From contig JBBDRA010000002.1 of assembly GCA_040905715.1 (NCBI GenBank), positions 3,746-67,745 of the forward strand: a DNA stretch of 64,000 bases. Reading direction: 5' to 3'. Both the position numbers and the translations under genes were made by a program. Positions 36,367-49,100 of the stretch are shown here, one piece after another. Source of the DNA: Minisyncoccota bacterium. Lineage in GTDB: Bacteria; Patescibacteriota; Minisyncoccia; Phycocordibacterales; CSBR16-193. The notes beneath the pieces were generated by a model. It saw only the letters and a list, made by a program, of their open reading frames with translations, was not told the DNA's origin and searched no databases. Each line of letters opens with the position of its first letter. Within the stretch, counting starts at the first letter, position 1.

Positions 36367-37011
36367 TTACTTACCTTGTATCTCAACAAGACATCCTCGT
36401 CGACCTGGAACCGCCCCTTTAACGGCGATCACTTGCTGCTCTGGGTCAACATACACTACATCGAGGTTAGTGACCGTAACACGGTTTGAACCCATTCGTC
36501 CAGGCATCTTTCGACCTTTAAACACACGCTGAGGCCCGGTTGCTCCAATAGAACCAACTTCACGATGAGCGTGTTTCGTACCGTGAGACTTCGATGCTCC
36601 GCTGAAACCGTGACGCTTCACGCCACCCTGAAATCCTTTACCTTTCGTAATACCGGATACACGAACCTCGTCACCAACCGCAAACACTGACACATCGAGT
36701 GTATCGCCTACTGAAGCAGATGACTCCGTCTCATCCTGACGAAACTCACGTAGCCATCGAAAGCTGGTTTTCTCAGCATCTTCGCCAACCGCTTCAAGCG
36801 CTGCTTTAGAGTGCCCACGGACCGGCAAGGATGTAGTGTGTGCCTTACGACGTCCAAAACCAACCTGAACCGCTGAGTAGCCGTCGGAGGTATCACTCTT
36901 CACCTGTGTAACCACAGCTGGCCCGGCACGAAGTATGGTTACCGGCACCATTTCACCTTCTTCGGTGAAGATCTGAGTCATATATTCTTTTGTTCCTAGC
37001 AGAAATTTCAT
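36367..37011 (-). CDS. rplC: ribosomal protein L3
   Basis: GITKGKGFQGGVKRHGFSGASKSHGTKHAHREVGSIGATG. Confidence 0.92.
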   Translation of the reverse strand: MKFLLGTKEYMTQIFTEEGEMVPVTILRAGPAVVTQVKSDTSDGYSAVQVGFGRRKAHTTSLPVRGHSKAALEAVGEDAEKTSFRWLREFRQDETESSASVGDTLDVSVFAVGDEVRVSGITKGKGFQGGVKRHGFSGASKSHGTKHAHREVGSIGATGPQRVFKGRKMPGRMGSNRVTVTNLDVVYVDPEQQVIAVKGAVPGRRGCLVEIQGK

Positions 37012-37182
37012 ACATCGAGATTATACCTTCGCTCTAAACGAACGAGGTGTTGAAGGCAGACCATCGTTGATGATCCAAACCTTACAATGAATTCACATCC
37101 TTAGAGAAGTGGACCGCCGCCAAGCGTACCATTTTTATCTCAGATTCACAATAAATTTAGACGAGCTTTACATCAATACTCA

Positions 37183-37310
37183 CTTCGGCAAGCGAGGAGC
37201 GGTCGGGAGCTTATCTGCGAAGCAGTATGCTCCCGATTTCTTAGCTTCGGAGAAGCTGTAGAAATCGCAGTCCTGTGCTCCCGTTCCGTCCGAGCGCCGA
37301 CGAAGAAAGC
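37183..37310 (-). repeat. ~130-nt structured repeat, family R copy 2, in the rpsJ-rplC spacer
   Basis: Near-identical to 31352-31484 (CAAGCGAGGAGCGGTCGGGAGCTTAYCTGCGAA...GCTCCCGATTTCTTAGCTTCGGAGAAGCTGTAGAAATCGCAGTCCTGTGCTCCCGTT...). The rpsJ-rplC spacer is 343 bp. Confidence 0.65.
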
Positions 37311-37354
37311 TCCCTTTCTACGCCGTCGAGCGAACAACATCGCACAAACTTTGC

Positions 37355-37735
37355 CTATACTAATTTCACGTCAATGCTTACACCCGACGGAAGCGACAGG
37401 TTCGATAGTGACTCGATCACCTTCTGAGATGGGTTGAGAATATCGATCAAACGCTTGTGGATCCGCATTTCAAACTGCTCCCGAGAGTCTTCGTACACGA
37501 ACGCAGCGCGATTTACCGTGTACGACTTCACTCGTGTGGGAAGCGGGACCGGTCCAACCACCTCAGCATCGTAGCGGATCGCTGTATCAATGATCTGTTT
37601 TACTGACAGATCAAGGATCTTATACTCATACGCGCTAACCCGAATACGAAGCTTCTGTGTTGTGCCGTCCGAATCTTTTGAAGATGCTTTCTTTTTCGAA
37701 GCTGGTTTTTTTGTTTTTTGTGTACTATCTGCCAT
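37355..37735 (-). CDS. rpsJ: ribosomal protein S10 with Lys-rich N-terminal extension
   Basis: [39 protein letters not shown]. Confidence 0.92.
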   Translation of the reverse strand: MADSTQKTKKPASKKKASSKDSDGTTQKLRIRVSAYEYKILDLSVKQIIDTAIRYDAEVVGPVPLPTRVKSYTVNRAAFVYEDSREQFEMRIHKRLIDILNPSQKVIESLSNLSLPSGVSIDVKLV

Positions 37736-37808
37736 ATTTTAGGCGTTTTGCTCTGAGCCCTAGGTGCAGGAGACGCTCGTAAGTGTCTCAAGCCAGACTA
37801 CAGACTAC

Positions 37809-39002
37809 TTATTCAACGATCTTTGTCACTACTCCAGCTCCCACAGTCTTACCCCCTTCGCGAATAGCAAAGCGCTGCTGCTCTTCGAGTGCAACCGGTG
37901 CCTGCAAACTTACGCTGAACGTAGTTGTGTCACCTGGCATTACCATCTCTACTCCTTCCGGAAGGGTTACCTCACCGGTAACGTCAGTGGTTCGGATGTA
38001 GAACTGTGGCTTGTATCCGGTTAGGAATGCTGTGTGACGACCCCCTTCCTCCTTCTTAAGGGTGTACACCTCAGCCTCAAACTTGGTGTGCGGGGTAACT
38101 GAGCCCGGCTTTGCCAACACCTGACCGCGGTGAACCTCTTCTTTCTTGAGTCCACGGATCAAAATACCGGCGTTGTCACCTGCTTTTCCTTCCTTAAGTG
38201 ACTTGTTGAACATCTCAATACCGGTCACTGTGGTCTTCTGTGTATCTTTGATACCGACGATCTCGATCTCTTCACCAACAGTGATCTCTCCTCGCTCAAT
38301 ACGGCCTGTTACTACAGTACCGCGACCTTCAATCGAGAAGATATCCTCAACCGGCATAAGAAACGGCTTGTCGGTCTCACGCTGAGGTGTCGGAATGTAG
38401 TCATCCAACGCCTTCGCAAGCTCAAGGATCTTTGCAGCATACTCTTCGCTTGCGTCTGAAGACTCAAGAGCCTTTAGGGCTGAACCTCGAATGACCGGCG
38501 CGTTTTCTCCGTCGTAATCGTACTGAGTCAAAAGCTCACGCACCTCTTCTTCAACAAGGTCGATAAGATCAGCGTCATCAACCATGTCGCACTTGTTTAG
38601 GAAGATGATGATCTTCGGCACTCCAACCTGCTTAGCGAGCAGGATGTGCTCTCGCGTCTGCGGCATAACACCGTCAGTTGCGGCAACTACTAATACAGCA
38701 CCGTCCATCTGAGCGGCACCCGTAATCATGTTCTTCACATAGTCGGCGTGACCCGGCGCATCGATGTGCGCATAGTGACGAGCATCTGTTGAATACTCGT
38801 TGTGAGACAATGCGATCGTAATACCGCGAGCCTTCTCCTCAGGCGCGGCGTCGATCTGGTCTACGTTCTTCTCTGACACGTCCTGCCCCGAAAGGTGGAG
38901 AACGTGCAGAATAGCAGCGGTTAAGGTCGTCTTCCCGTGGTCAACGTGACCAATGGTACCGACATTAACATGCTCTTTTGATCGATCAAATTCTGCAGCC
39001 AT
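37809..39002 (-). CDS. tuf: elongation factor Tu
   Basis: [52 protein letters not shown]. Confidence 0.97.
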   Translation of the reverse strand: MAAEFDRSKEHVNVGTIGHVDHGKTTLTAAILHVLHLSGQDVSEKNVDQIDAAPEEKARGITIALSHNEYSTDARHYAHIDAPGHADYVKNMITGAAQMDGAVLVVAATDGVMPQTREHILLAKQVGVPKIIIFLNKCDMVDDADLIDLVEEEVRELLTQYDYDGENAPVIRGSALKALESSDASEEYAAKILELAKALDDYIPTPQRETDKPFLMPVEDIFSIEGRGTVVTGRIERGEITVGEEIEIVGIKDTQKTTVTGIEMFNKSLKEGKAGDNAGILIRGLKKEEVHRGQVLAKPGSVTPHTKFEAEVYTLKKEEGGRHTAFLTGYKPQFYIRTTDVTGEVTLPEGVEMVMPGDTTTFSVSLQAPVALEEQQRFAIREGGKTVGAGVVTKIVE

Positions 39003-39397
39003 AATGACGTACTACTAAAAGTATTGATAATAATTGCGTTTTGCCCCCACACCTATTTGTCCCAAACCTCCACTATAGAGAGAAACAAGTGTGGGGGTGT
39101 GTACCTCGATTGCACACCACATCCTGTGTATTCACAACCCTTCGGGGCTCATGAAAGACAAGAAAAAAGCGCACAATTGCGATGAAGACTATCCTAACAG
39201 ACCGCTGATAATAGTCAAGCGACTTTGTTTTCTTTTAAGCGAAGCCTTGTGCATTTTTTTCAAAATGCACGGAGCGGAGCGAATTAAAAAACACAAAATA
39301 CCCTGGTGACACGAAGGGAGGGCGAAAAAACGTTCTACATACGTGATTCGGTGATCCGTGAGCGTTTCTTCGACCACTCTCTTCTTCTCTTTCTCTT

Positions 39398-39586
39398 CTA
39401 TTTTTCCCAATCTCGGATGATAAACCGTTTGTTTGCCGGATCAACTTCGGCAACCACCCGCTGACCGTCCTGCCAGCCCAACTCACGAATACCACTGATC
39501 GGTAGGGTGAGACTGTAACTCACGCCGCCGACCTTGCTCAACACCCGCACCTCTTCTTCACCTGATTTACCTCGCGCCATACGCAC
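39398..39586 (-). CDS. small AbrB/MazE(SpoVT)-like swapped-hairpin DNA-binding protein (putative)
   Basis: 62 aa. LTLPISGIRELGWQDGQRVVAEVDPANKRFIIR resembles the AbrB-N/MazE fold consensus. It sits directly downstream of a TATTAGAGTTA palindrome. Confidence 0.4.
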   Translation of the reverse strand: MRMARGKSGEEEVRVLSKVGGVSYSLTLPISGIRELGWQDGQRVVAEVDPANKRFIIRDWEK

Positions 39587-39606
39587 TTGAAAGGTTATAC
39601 ATGGAC

Positions 39607-39641
39607 AATATTAGAGTTAAATTAGAGTTAACTCTAATATT
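39607..39641. promoter_or_regulatory. TATTAGAGTTA-containing palindrome (partial copy of the 24531-24586 palindrome)
   Basis: AATATTAGAGTTAAATTAGAGTTAACTCTAATATT, with the perfect core ATTAGAGTTAACTCTAAT. Confidence 0.5.
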
Positions 39642-39720
39642 GAGTATACACCAACAGGACGATCTTGTCGTTTGACCGGTAAAGAGCATCTCAAGTACGC
39701 CTTCCACCAGTGTTCTGCTG

Positions 39721-41679
39721 TTAATCAACAATAACCACCTCGTTATAGTCCCAGCTTCCCCGGCGATAAGGCGCAGTATCACCAAGCTTGGTATTTTCAA
39801 TATAGATATCCTTCACCGGTAATTCGGTCACGCCGAAGACTCGGCCGTGGAACCACGAATCTTTCACTACAAGATGGTCAGCTGATTCAATAGTGAGCGA
39901 GTGTGGCCACCACTTATCTTTTTCCTCGTGTCGATTTGAAAGCTCGATATTAACAAAGGCAATATCTTTGTCTGTGTCCCCTCCCATAAAGAACCCTTGG
40001 GAATGAATATCCTTTGTTGCTGTCACGCCGTATGCGATCTGATTCTTTGATGAGCCCAAAAGTTGATACACGTCGGGGTGTGCGGTTGGTACACCAGACT
40101 TATCACGGTCGACATCTTCCACTGAACTATTGAGCAGCAGTCGAGCATTAGTGAACGAGTCCTCACCGATACGATGAAGGTCCGTATTTCGCACAATGTT
40201 CCCGCTAAATCCTTTAACATTGTTCGTCAAAGAAGAATTCGTAATATGCGTACTAACCACGTCTGCGGACCAGCGAACACTGTTTGACCGCTCATTGCCG
40301 ACAATATTCAGATCATCCATCCAAATATGCCGGGCAAAACGCCCACCAGCAGAATGAGCATGGAAAAGGATCCCTACATCCGGCAACTGAAAGCGAATGC
40401 CACTGACCAGTAAATGATTATTAGTAAAACGTTCCTTTAAATTGTTCGTAACAATAACGTCATTCCGTGATGTGCCGGGAGCACCGGAAACGACCACCCA
40501 GGTATCACTATCAATACCTTCCAGTCTAAATCCGTCATACGTACCTGCCTGTAGATATATCACCGGCGCTCGACTACCATCGTTTTTGGCTGCCACGCTC
40601 GCCTTCCATACGGTCTTATACGGGTTATTTTTTGAGCCGTCACCGCTCTCATCCGACCCCCCAGGCGATACATAGTAGTGATCGGGGTCATACGTTCCAT
40701 TCTTGTTAACCACTAGCTCAATGCCATGCTCGCCGCGCGGAGCACCATTAATATCTCCGGCCAACACCCGTGCCACCCCTTTATTTGGATATACCACCGC
40801 CCGCACTTCAACCGGGCCATCTACGCTGAACTTAGACGCATCAAGAGTTGCCCAGTATTCCTTCACATCAGTGCGCGGATTATGAGTCATTGTAGAGACT
40901 GAAGTCCATGGACCGCCATCGACCGAAAACTCAACCCGATCGATGCTGTCTTTATGAAAAGCAACAACTCCCACATTAAATATATTGGAAAATGACTGGA
41001 ACGGCACCACATCCCACCGAGCGATCGCCTGGGCATCTTCATTCCCGATCTGGTCAGGTTGAGGGGTCTCTCCTGCAAAACCATTTCCAGGAACGAGAAC
41101 TTTTCCTTCCGGAGCAGAGGTGTCTCTTTCCTTCTCCTCTTCTTCTCTCGTATCTTCTTGTTCATCGTCACCCTGCCCACTAACACCATCGTCTTTCTTG
41201 TTGGCAGTATCGTCGTTCTCTTCTTCGTTATTTTTTTCTTTGTCTGACTCCTGATCCTCCTTATCTTCCTCGTCCGCTTCGTCTCTAGAATCTCTCTCAT
41301 CCTTCGATCCATCATCTTCCGACTCCTCTGAGTCTGGTTCATCCTGCTTCTCAACGTCGTCTTCAGATCTATCTTCACTCTCATCTGCTTGATCCGGCTT
41401 AGTATCATCTTCCTCATCATTCTGTTCCTCTTCACGACCTTCTCCATTATCAGCCGAATCTCTAGACGTTTCTTCCACTTCCTCCTCAGTTTCATCGTCC
41501 TTTAAAGCGGTCTTCTCCTCTTTGCTACTATCATCAGACTCACGTTCCTCGTGCGGCACCACCGTTAAAGAGTTAGTGTCGTCGTTTTCCGTCCCAGAGG
41601 GGTTTGATGCACCAGAAACACCCCCGGCAAGTAAAACGAGGAGGAGCATTGGAAACAGGACTGAGTTTTTGTTTGCCAT
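39721..41679 (-). CDS. secreted right-handed parallel beta-helix (pectate-lyase/DUF1565-like) protein with long acidic low-complexity linker and Ig-like domain
   Basis: Signal peptide MANKNSVLFPMLLLVLLAGGVSGAS, then a D/E-rich linker of about 170 aa. YYVSPGGSDESGDGSKNNPYKTVWKASVAAKNDGSRAPVIYLQAGTY is the hallmark start of a beta-helix domain, followed by repeated N/S-rich beta-helix rungs. It is inserted between fusA and tuf. Confidence 0.6.
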   Translation of the reverse strand: MANKNSVLFPMLLLVLLAGGVSGASNPSGTENDDTNSLTVVPHEERESDDSSKEEKTALKDDETEEEVEETSRDSADNGEGREEEQNDEEDDTKPDQADESEDRSEDDVEKQDEPDSEESEDDGSKDERDSRDEADEEDKEDQESDKEKNNEEENDDTANKKDDGVSGQGDDEQEDTREEEEKERDTSAPEGKVLVPGNGFAGETPQPDQIGNEDAQAIARWDVVPFQSFSNIFNVGVVAFHKDSIDRVEFSVDGGPWTSVSTMTHNPRTDVKEYWATLDASKFSVDGPVEVRAVVYPNKGVARVLAGDINGAPRGEHGIELVVNKNGTYDPDHYYVSPGGSDESGDGSKNNPYKTVWKASVAAKNDGSRAPVIYLQAGTYDGFRLEGIDSDTWVVVSGAPGTSRNDVIVTNNLKERFTNNHLLVSGIRFQLPDVGILFHAHSAGGRFARHIWMDDLNIVGNERSNSVRWSADVVSTHITNSSLTNNVKGFSGNIVRNTDLHRIGEDSFTNARLLLNSSVEDVDRDKSGVPTAHPDVYQLLGSSKNQIAYGVTATKDIHSQGFFMGGDTDKDIAFVNIELSNRHEEKDKWWPHSLTIESADHLVVKDSWFHGRVFGVTELPVKDIYIENTKLGDTAPYRRGSWDYNEVVIVD

Positions 41680-41789
41680 AGAATAAAATATGTGGCTGAA
41701 ATAACACATCAATCTATACTATAAAAAAAGACAAAGCGCAAGGGCTTTGTCTTTTTTGTATCTTGGTTTCTCTCTTGATCGGGCGAGAT

Positions 41790-43943
<2,154 letters not shown>

Positions 43944-43963
43944 GATCTAAAAAATTAGGAAAT

Positions 43964-44034
43964 GAGGCGCTAGGCCTTAAAAAATTATAATAACTTACTT
44001 TATAGAGCGTAAGAAAACTAGACTCTAAAGCCTA
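43964..44034 (-). repeat. structured element, family E copy 2 (GAGGCGCTAGGCC...AAAGCCTAGCTC hairpin), between rpsG and fusA
   Basis: Shares the GGCGCTAGGC and GCCTAG/GCCTAA blocks and the hairpin architecture with 29393-29490. Confidence 0.5.
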
Positions 44035-44049
44035 GCTCTTAAACCCTCC

Positions 44050-44520
44050 TTAAACAGCGAAGTGAGCAAAAGCTTTGTTTGCGTCTGCCATTCGGTGCAG
44101 GTGATCTTTCTTAGTCACCGCATCCCCTTCGTTGTTGTACGCGGCAATGATCTCTGTTGCAAGCAGGTCTGCCATAGGCTTACCGCTCTTAGAGCGCGCA
44201 GCTTCAATAATCCATTTCATCGAGAACGCCTGTCGACGACTCGGCTTCACTTCACGCGGTACTTGATAGTTCGCACCACCAACACGACGAGAGCGAACCT
44301 CCATGGTCGGCGTTGTGTTCTTAAGAGCTGCCTCAAAGATCTCGAGGGGGTTTTCGACTTTCATATCTTTGCCAACTTTTTCCAAAGCACCGTAAACAAT
44401 CTGGCGAGCTCGCTCTTTTTTGCCTTCCCACATCACGTAGTTGATGAACTTCGCGACGGTCTCGGAATTATAGACGACGTCAGGCTTCAGCGTATGTTTT
44501 TGAGTGATCGGTTTTCTCAT
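44050..44520 (-). CDS. rpsG: ribosomal protein S7
   Basis: KFINYVMWEGKKERARQIVYGALE...RRVGGANYQVP. Confidence 0.93.
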   Translation of the reverse strand: MRKPITQKHTLKPDVVYNSETVAKFINYVMWEGKKERARQIVYGALEKVGKDMKVENPLEIFEAALKNTTPTMEVRSRRVGGANYQVPREVKPSRRQAFSMKWIIEAARSKSGKPMADLLATEIIAAYNNEGDAVTKKDHLHRMADANKAFAHFAV

Positions 44521-44539
44521 GACTTTCTCAGATAGCGTA

Positions 44540-44944
44540 TTATTGTTTCTTCGTACCGTAACGACTTCGCGCAGATGTTCGCCCCTCTACGCCACCGGCA
44601 TCGAGTTTTCCACGAACAACTGTGTATCGAACACCGATATCTTTCACTTTGCCTCCGCGAATAAGCACCACTGAGTGCTCCTGTAAACCGTGCCCTTCAC
44701 CTGGAATGTATGCGGTCACCTCGAGACCGTTGGTAAGTCGAACACGTGCCACTTTACGAATAGCCGAGTTTGGTTTCTTCGGTGTCTTTGTGGTTACTTT
44801 CGTACACACACCACGCTTGAACGGTGATGAGTAATGAGTAGGCTTGTTCTTGAGCGTATTAAACCCACGCGAAAGTGCCACCGATTTTGATTTTCGGAGC
44901 TTAGGAGTTCGTCCTTTGCGAATAAGTTGATTGATCGTTGACAT
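44540..44944 (-). CDS. rpsL: ribosomal protein S12
   Basis: [85 protein letters not shown]. Start set at the internal Met at 44944; the open frame extends to 45001. Confidence 0.95.
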   Translation of the reverse strand: MSTINQLIRKGRTPKLRKSKSVALSRGFNTLKNKPTHYSSPFKRGVCTKVTTKTPKKPNSAIRKVARVRLTNGLEVTAYIPGEGHGLQEHSVVLIRGGKVKDIGVRYTVVRGKLDAGGVEGRTSARSRYGTKKQ

Positions 44945-45086
44945 AAATTTAAATCCGAATAGCAGACACTGTCTGCTGCCAATTAAACAAAAATGCCACA
45001 CGGCATTAAGATACGCACTACTTTATTACAAGTTGCGAAATATTGCAAGAACTTTTCCTAAAGAAACTCAAGGAAGGCTTCAGAGA

Positions 45087-45737
45087 TCAGAAAAGCGCGT
45101 TCAGGGTTTGAAAGAGGATCTGTGGATCACCGACCAGCATTCCAAAGACCGTGAAAATAGCATAGCCCAGTATATTGGTTGAGAAGAGAATAAAGATCAC
45201 CGCGATGATCAAAATAAAGCTGTACTGCTCCATGAATCGCCGGATTCCATAGTATCGTGCCGGCAGAAAGGCGAACAATACCTTCGATCCATCAAGTGGC
45301 GGCACCGGGATCATATTGAAGAGCGCAAGAACAATATTGATCAAAACGATCATTACCGAGATCTGCACCACGGCCGGTGAGAGGGTGTCGAGGGGGAGGG
45401 TGAATCGCAGAAAAAGACCGAAGACGATCGCGATAGAGATGTTAGTGACCGGACCGGCGATAGCCACCCAGAGCTCTCCCCAGCGCTGATCGCGGAAATT
45501 ATATGGATTATACGGAACCGGCTTGGCCCAGCCGATCAGAAACGGAGAGCTAGTGAGCAACAAAAGCCCTGGCAACAGAACCGATCCGACCATATCGAGA
45601 TGTACAATAGGGTTAAGCGTAAGGCGGCCCTGATACTTCGCGGTCGGGTCACCCTGCATCAGAGCAACGTATCCGTGGGCCACCTCATGAATAACCACAG
45701 ACATAATAAGAATAGCGATAAGAAAGATGATCTCCAT
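45087..45737 (-). CDS. site-2 protease family (M50-like) membrane zinc metalloprotease
   Basis: HEVAHGYVA HExxH motif within TM1, further TM helices, and GPVTNISIAIVFGLFL. Confidence 0.7.
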   Translation of the reverse strand: MEIIFLIAILIMSVVIHEVAHGYVALMQGDPTAKYQGRLTLNPIVHLDMVGSVLLPGLLLLTSSPFLIGWAKPVPYNPYNFRDQRWGELWVAIAGPVTNISIAIVFGLFLRFTLPLDTLSPAVVQISVMIVLINIVLALFNMIPVPPLDGSKVLFAFLPARYYGIRRFMEQYSFILIIAVIFILFSTNILGYAIFTVFGMLVGDPQILFQTLNALF

Positions 45738-45864
45738 ACAGGATCTTTAAAGAATTACAAAATGAGTTACGTACTTTGTTTGTTACATTCATTATTGCCG
45801 TTCCTTCTTGGCAAAAAGTTTAGCTTATGATAGCATAGCGAAGCATAAAGAAGAAAGAAAACCT

Positions 45865-46107
45865 ATGGCTAAATCTTGCCCAATAACTGGAAAAACATCA
45901 CAAGTCGGCGGAGGATACTCCAACGACGTTCGTGCTACGCAGTACAACCCGACAGGAAAACGTCGTCGAAGTGTCAACCTACAAAAAAAGACGATCTTCG
46001 TTCCCGAACTGGACCGCTCTGTTACCCTGCACCTCTCCACCAAGGGTATTAAGACCATAAACAAGAAAGGGGCGTACCAAGCACTCAAAGACGCCAAGGT
46101 GATCTAA
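45865..46107 (+). CDS. rpmB: ribosomal protein L28
   Basis: MAKSCPITGKTSQVGGGYSNDVRATQYNPTGKRRRSVNLQKK matches the L28 consensus. The open frame begins at 45808; start set at the internal Met at 45865. Confidence 0.75.
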   Translation: MAKSCPITGKTSQVGGGYSNDVRATQYNPTGKRRRSVNLQKKTIFVPELDRSVTLHLSTKGIKTINKKGAYQALKDAKVI

Positions 46108-46132
46108 GATATCAAATGTAGGATTGAATAAA

Positions 46133-46170
46133 AACACCGCGACAGCTAAAGCTGTCGCGGTGTTTTTCTT
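46133..46170. terminator. bidirectional terminator
   Basis: AACACCGCGACAGC-taaa-GCTGTCGCGGTGTT followed by TTTTCTT. Confidence 0.65.
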
Positions 46171-46187
46171 GCTGTTTGTCGGTGTTT

Positions 46188-49100
46188 CTAAAACTCCTCG
46201 TACCGTGGATCCACAGAAATATTGATCTTGTTGTTAGCACTACCAGGCACTTCACATTCAGTATACGTACCACCGTCACTGGATACTTCGGGTGAATCTT
46301 TCTCTCCAACCGTACTGTACCGAATGTCGATCTCATCTCCGCTGGAAGAAACTTCGGATCCTTCAGGAACAGACCATATATATGTTTCCCCGCCAGGAAT
46401 CACAACCCATGTCACTGACGTATTAACAGGATAGGTATATGTTCCGTCTTCGTTTGGAAGTGGCTCACAGCTGAGAGTGGTTGACGTTTCGCAACTATTG
46501 GTCGTGACCGTAACCGAATCAGATCCATACGATTCACTCGTATTATCGCTGTTGACCGCCTCTACTTTATAAACATACTCTGTAGAAGTTGCAATTGTTG
46601 GAGGTGATGACACTGCCGGGTCTCTATATTCCGTATCAGCGACTGTCTCAAGAGATGAGAACGCTAAATCCGGTTCCGTTGACAACTTCCTAAACACCTC
46701 ATACCAGATCCCTGCTGTAGTTCCGTCCCAATCCAATTCTACGTACGCATCGTTTGCATCACAGCTTTCTGTAGCCTGTAGGTCAGTCGGCTCAGGCTCA
46801 CATACCGAAACTGATGCCGTATCTTCCACCAAAGTACCGTCTGATGCCGCCGCGCATTGCAATGTGTACTCGTATAGTGACTCGGTATTTGTTAGACCGA
46901 CCTGCGTATCGCTTCCCCCAGCAGAACTTTTGTTTCCTGTCCAATCCCCCGAGGAGGAAGAAGCGGAACAAAACTCTTCAAGCGCACCGGCGGTTTCCCA
47001 CTCCAGATCAATATCGCTTCCATATGGCACACACCCGCCCCCGTCTCCTACTGAGTTTCCGCCACTAAACGCCTCCAGATCCACAGATTCCTCTTCAAGA
47101 TAGAGGAAAGCCACGTGCGTTATCAAACCTTCCGGAATAGACGGAGAAACATTCGTCACTGAGCACCACCCACCACTGCACGTCGGCGTTATCGTGTAGA
47201 GCGCCGGATCAGAGAAGTCACAAGATTCTGTGATCTCGATACCTGTTTCAGGACTCATCTCGTATTCATCTACACACGTCGCCGCCCTAATAGTCCTGTC
47301 CGGATCGTCTTCGGCTTTAACGGTATAGGTGTACTGTTCACCGGTCGCAAGATCGCCGGCCGGTAGATCACTCCAATTCTGTGGATTCCCGTCGTACACA
47401 CCATCCGGAATGTTCATCTCTTCGTCAGGTGTGAACTCCGGCTCGAGCTGCGTATTCATCGGGACACGCACACCTCCTTCATCAACCCGGTGAGAGCTAA
47501 TATCCCCGGCAAGCGGACACAGATCGGAACCCGCTACATCTGCACTGTTTGAAATACAGATATCCATGATAACTCGGCCGAGCGCGCTAGGGAGATTAGC
47601 GTCTAACTCAGACTGACTCATCGAAGCGTAGTCATCCGAACTATATTCTACTTCAATGTAATATTCCTTGATTCGAACTTCTTTGCCTTTTATCAAAGGG
47701 ATCTCACCTTCTACAGTATCCGGTTCGAACTGTGGCTGACCGGTAACAGTATATGTCCGGTCTTCGAGGTGTTCCCACGCCGCATCAGGATCAGACAGAT
47801 CTCGCTGTTCAAGTACAATGACAAAATCATGACTTTTACCGGGAACCAGATCATCTACTTCAAATGAATACTCAACCTCACGCGCATCGACCTCGTAGAG
47901 GTCCATCCGATGAGCTTTGATATACGTACTTGCAGCGCCGTCATAAGTGGTGGTATATTCTCCGCCACTACTCCGAACATGATCAAGTCGGTTTTTTGCG
48001 TCGTTATAAAGATCGTCCGTTGTTCTTTCATCTAAGAAATCTATCTTTCTGTCGAAAGTCCAGTCAAGATCATTAGGGTCTGTGTCATCAGTTATGTTCG
48101 AACCACATCGGCCGTACAAACCGGCCCGCTCTAGATGAGAAACATATTCGGTGTACCGATCCTGATAGACATCTGGCTGACACTCGCCGTCTTCTGTTCC
48201 TTTAGTACACGAGCTTCTACTCGCCCTCCTGGCAGGACCCGTCTCACCATCATCCCGCACTGTTACCAACCTACCATCCTCATCATACTCATACCCAAGG
48301 TCCCAATCGAACTCTCGGTGTATACTACAATATCCCCACGTTCTATTTCCCGCATTATCTTCTCGCTCCCCTTCATCATACCCGACCCCACTATACTCAT
48401 CGGTATCTAAACACCTGTTTTCCCCCACATCATATTGTTCCTGCTGAGTGCGTAACCTGTCTCGATTACCTGAACTAAACTCATATCGACTTTCGTTTGT
48501 GTAAACCTGAGCATCTTGTTCATAGAAGAGATCTTCTTCCCAGGTCTCGAACCGACGCGGCTTCATATCTTCCGAAAAATGATATGTATATGCACCGCTC
48601 CAGTCCGACTGCTCAAGCTTCTCATTTATAGTCATGTCACCCCAAGAATCCATACAACTATCTATGCACTGATCATATTCATTAGAACCCCACTCATACC
48701 CTTGCTCCCAACAATGGGTATCGCAAGCATAGTATGCGTCATCCCACACTTGAAACTCTTCATTTTCATCGTAATAACCATAGCCCTCTTCAAGCCCCCT
48801 AAACCCACAGACCGGAATTTCATCTCTCACGATCGTATATTCACGTGAAATTCTCGGGTCGGGTACAATATAATTATTTGCCGACACCATTACAGGGAGA
48901 ATAGCTGCCTCACCCCACGCACCGTTTGGCGCGAGGTACTCCCCCGGCTGTGACTGGTGTTGCGAATTAAAGTAATAATATGTATGCGAGAAGCCTTCAT
49001 ACGAACTCGACCCATACCAATACCCCCACCCGTAGTAACCATACGGATCACATGTTCCGCTAGAGAATCCATCCGGTCCTAGAGCACGATCCTCATTAGA

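Noticed and set aside
40887-41495. 202-aa highly basic (K/R-rich) ORF
   Set aside because: It is the reverse complement of the poly-acidic linker of the beta-helix protein. Antisense translation of GAA/GAT-rich sequence trivially yields Lys/Arg-rich ORFs.
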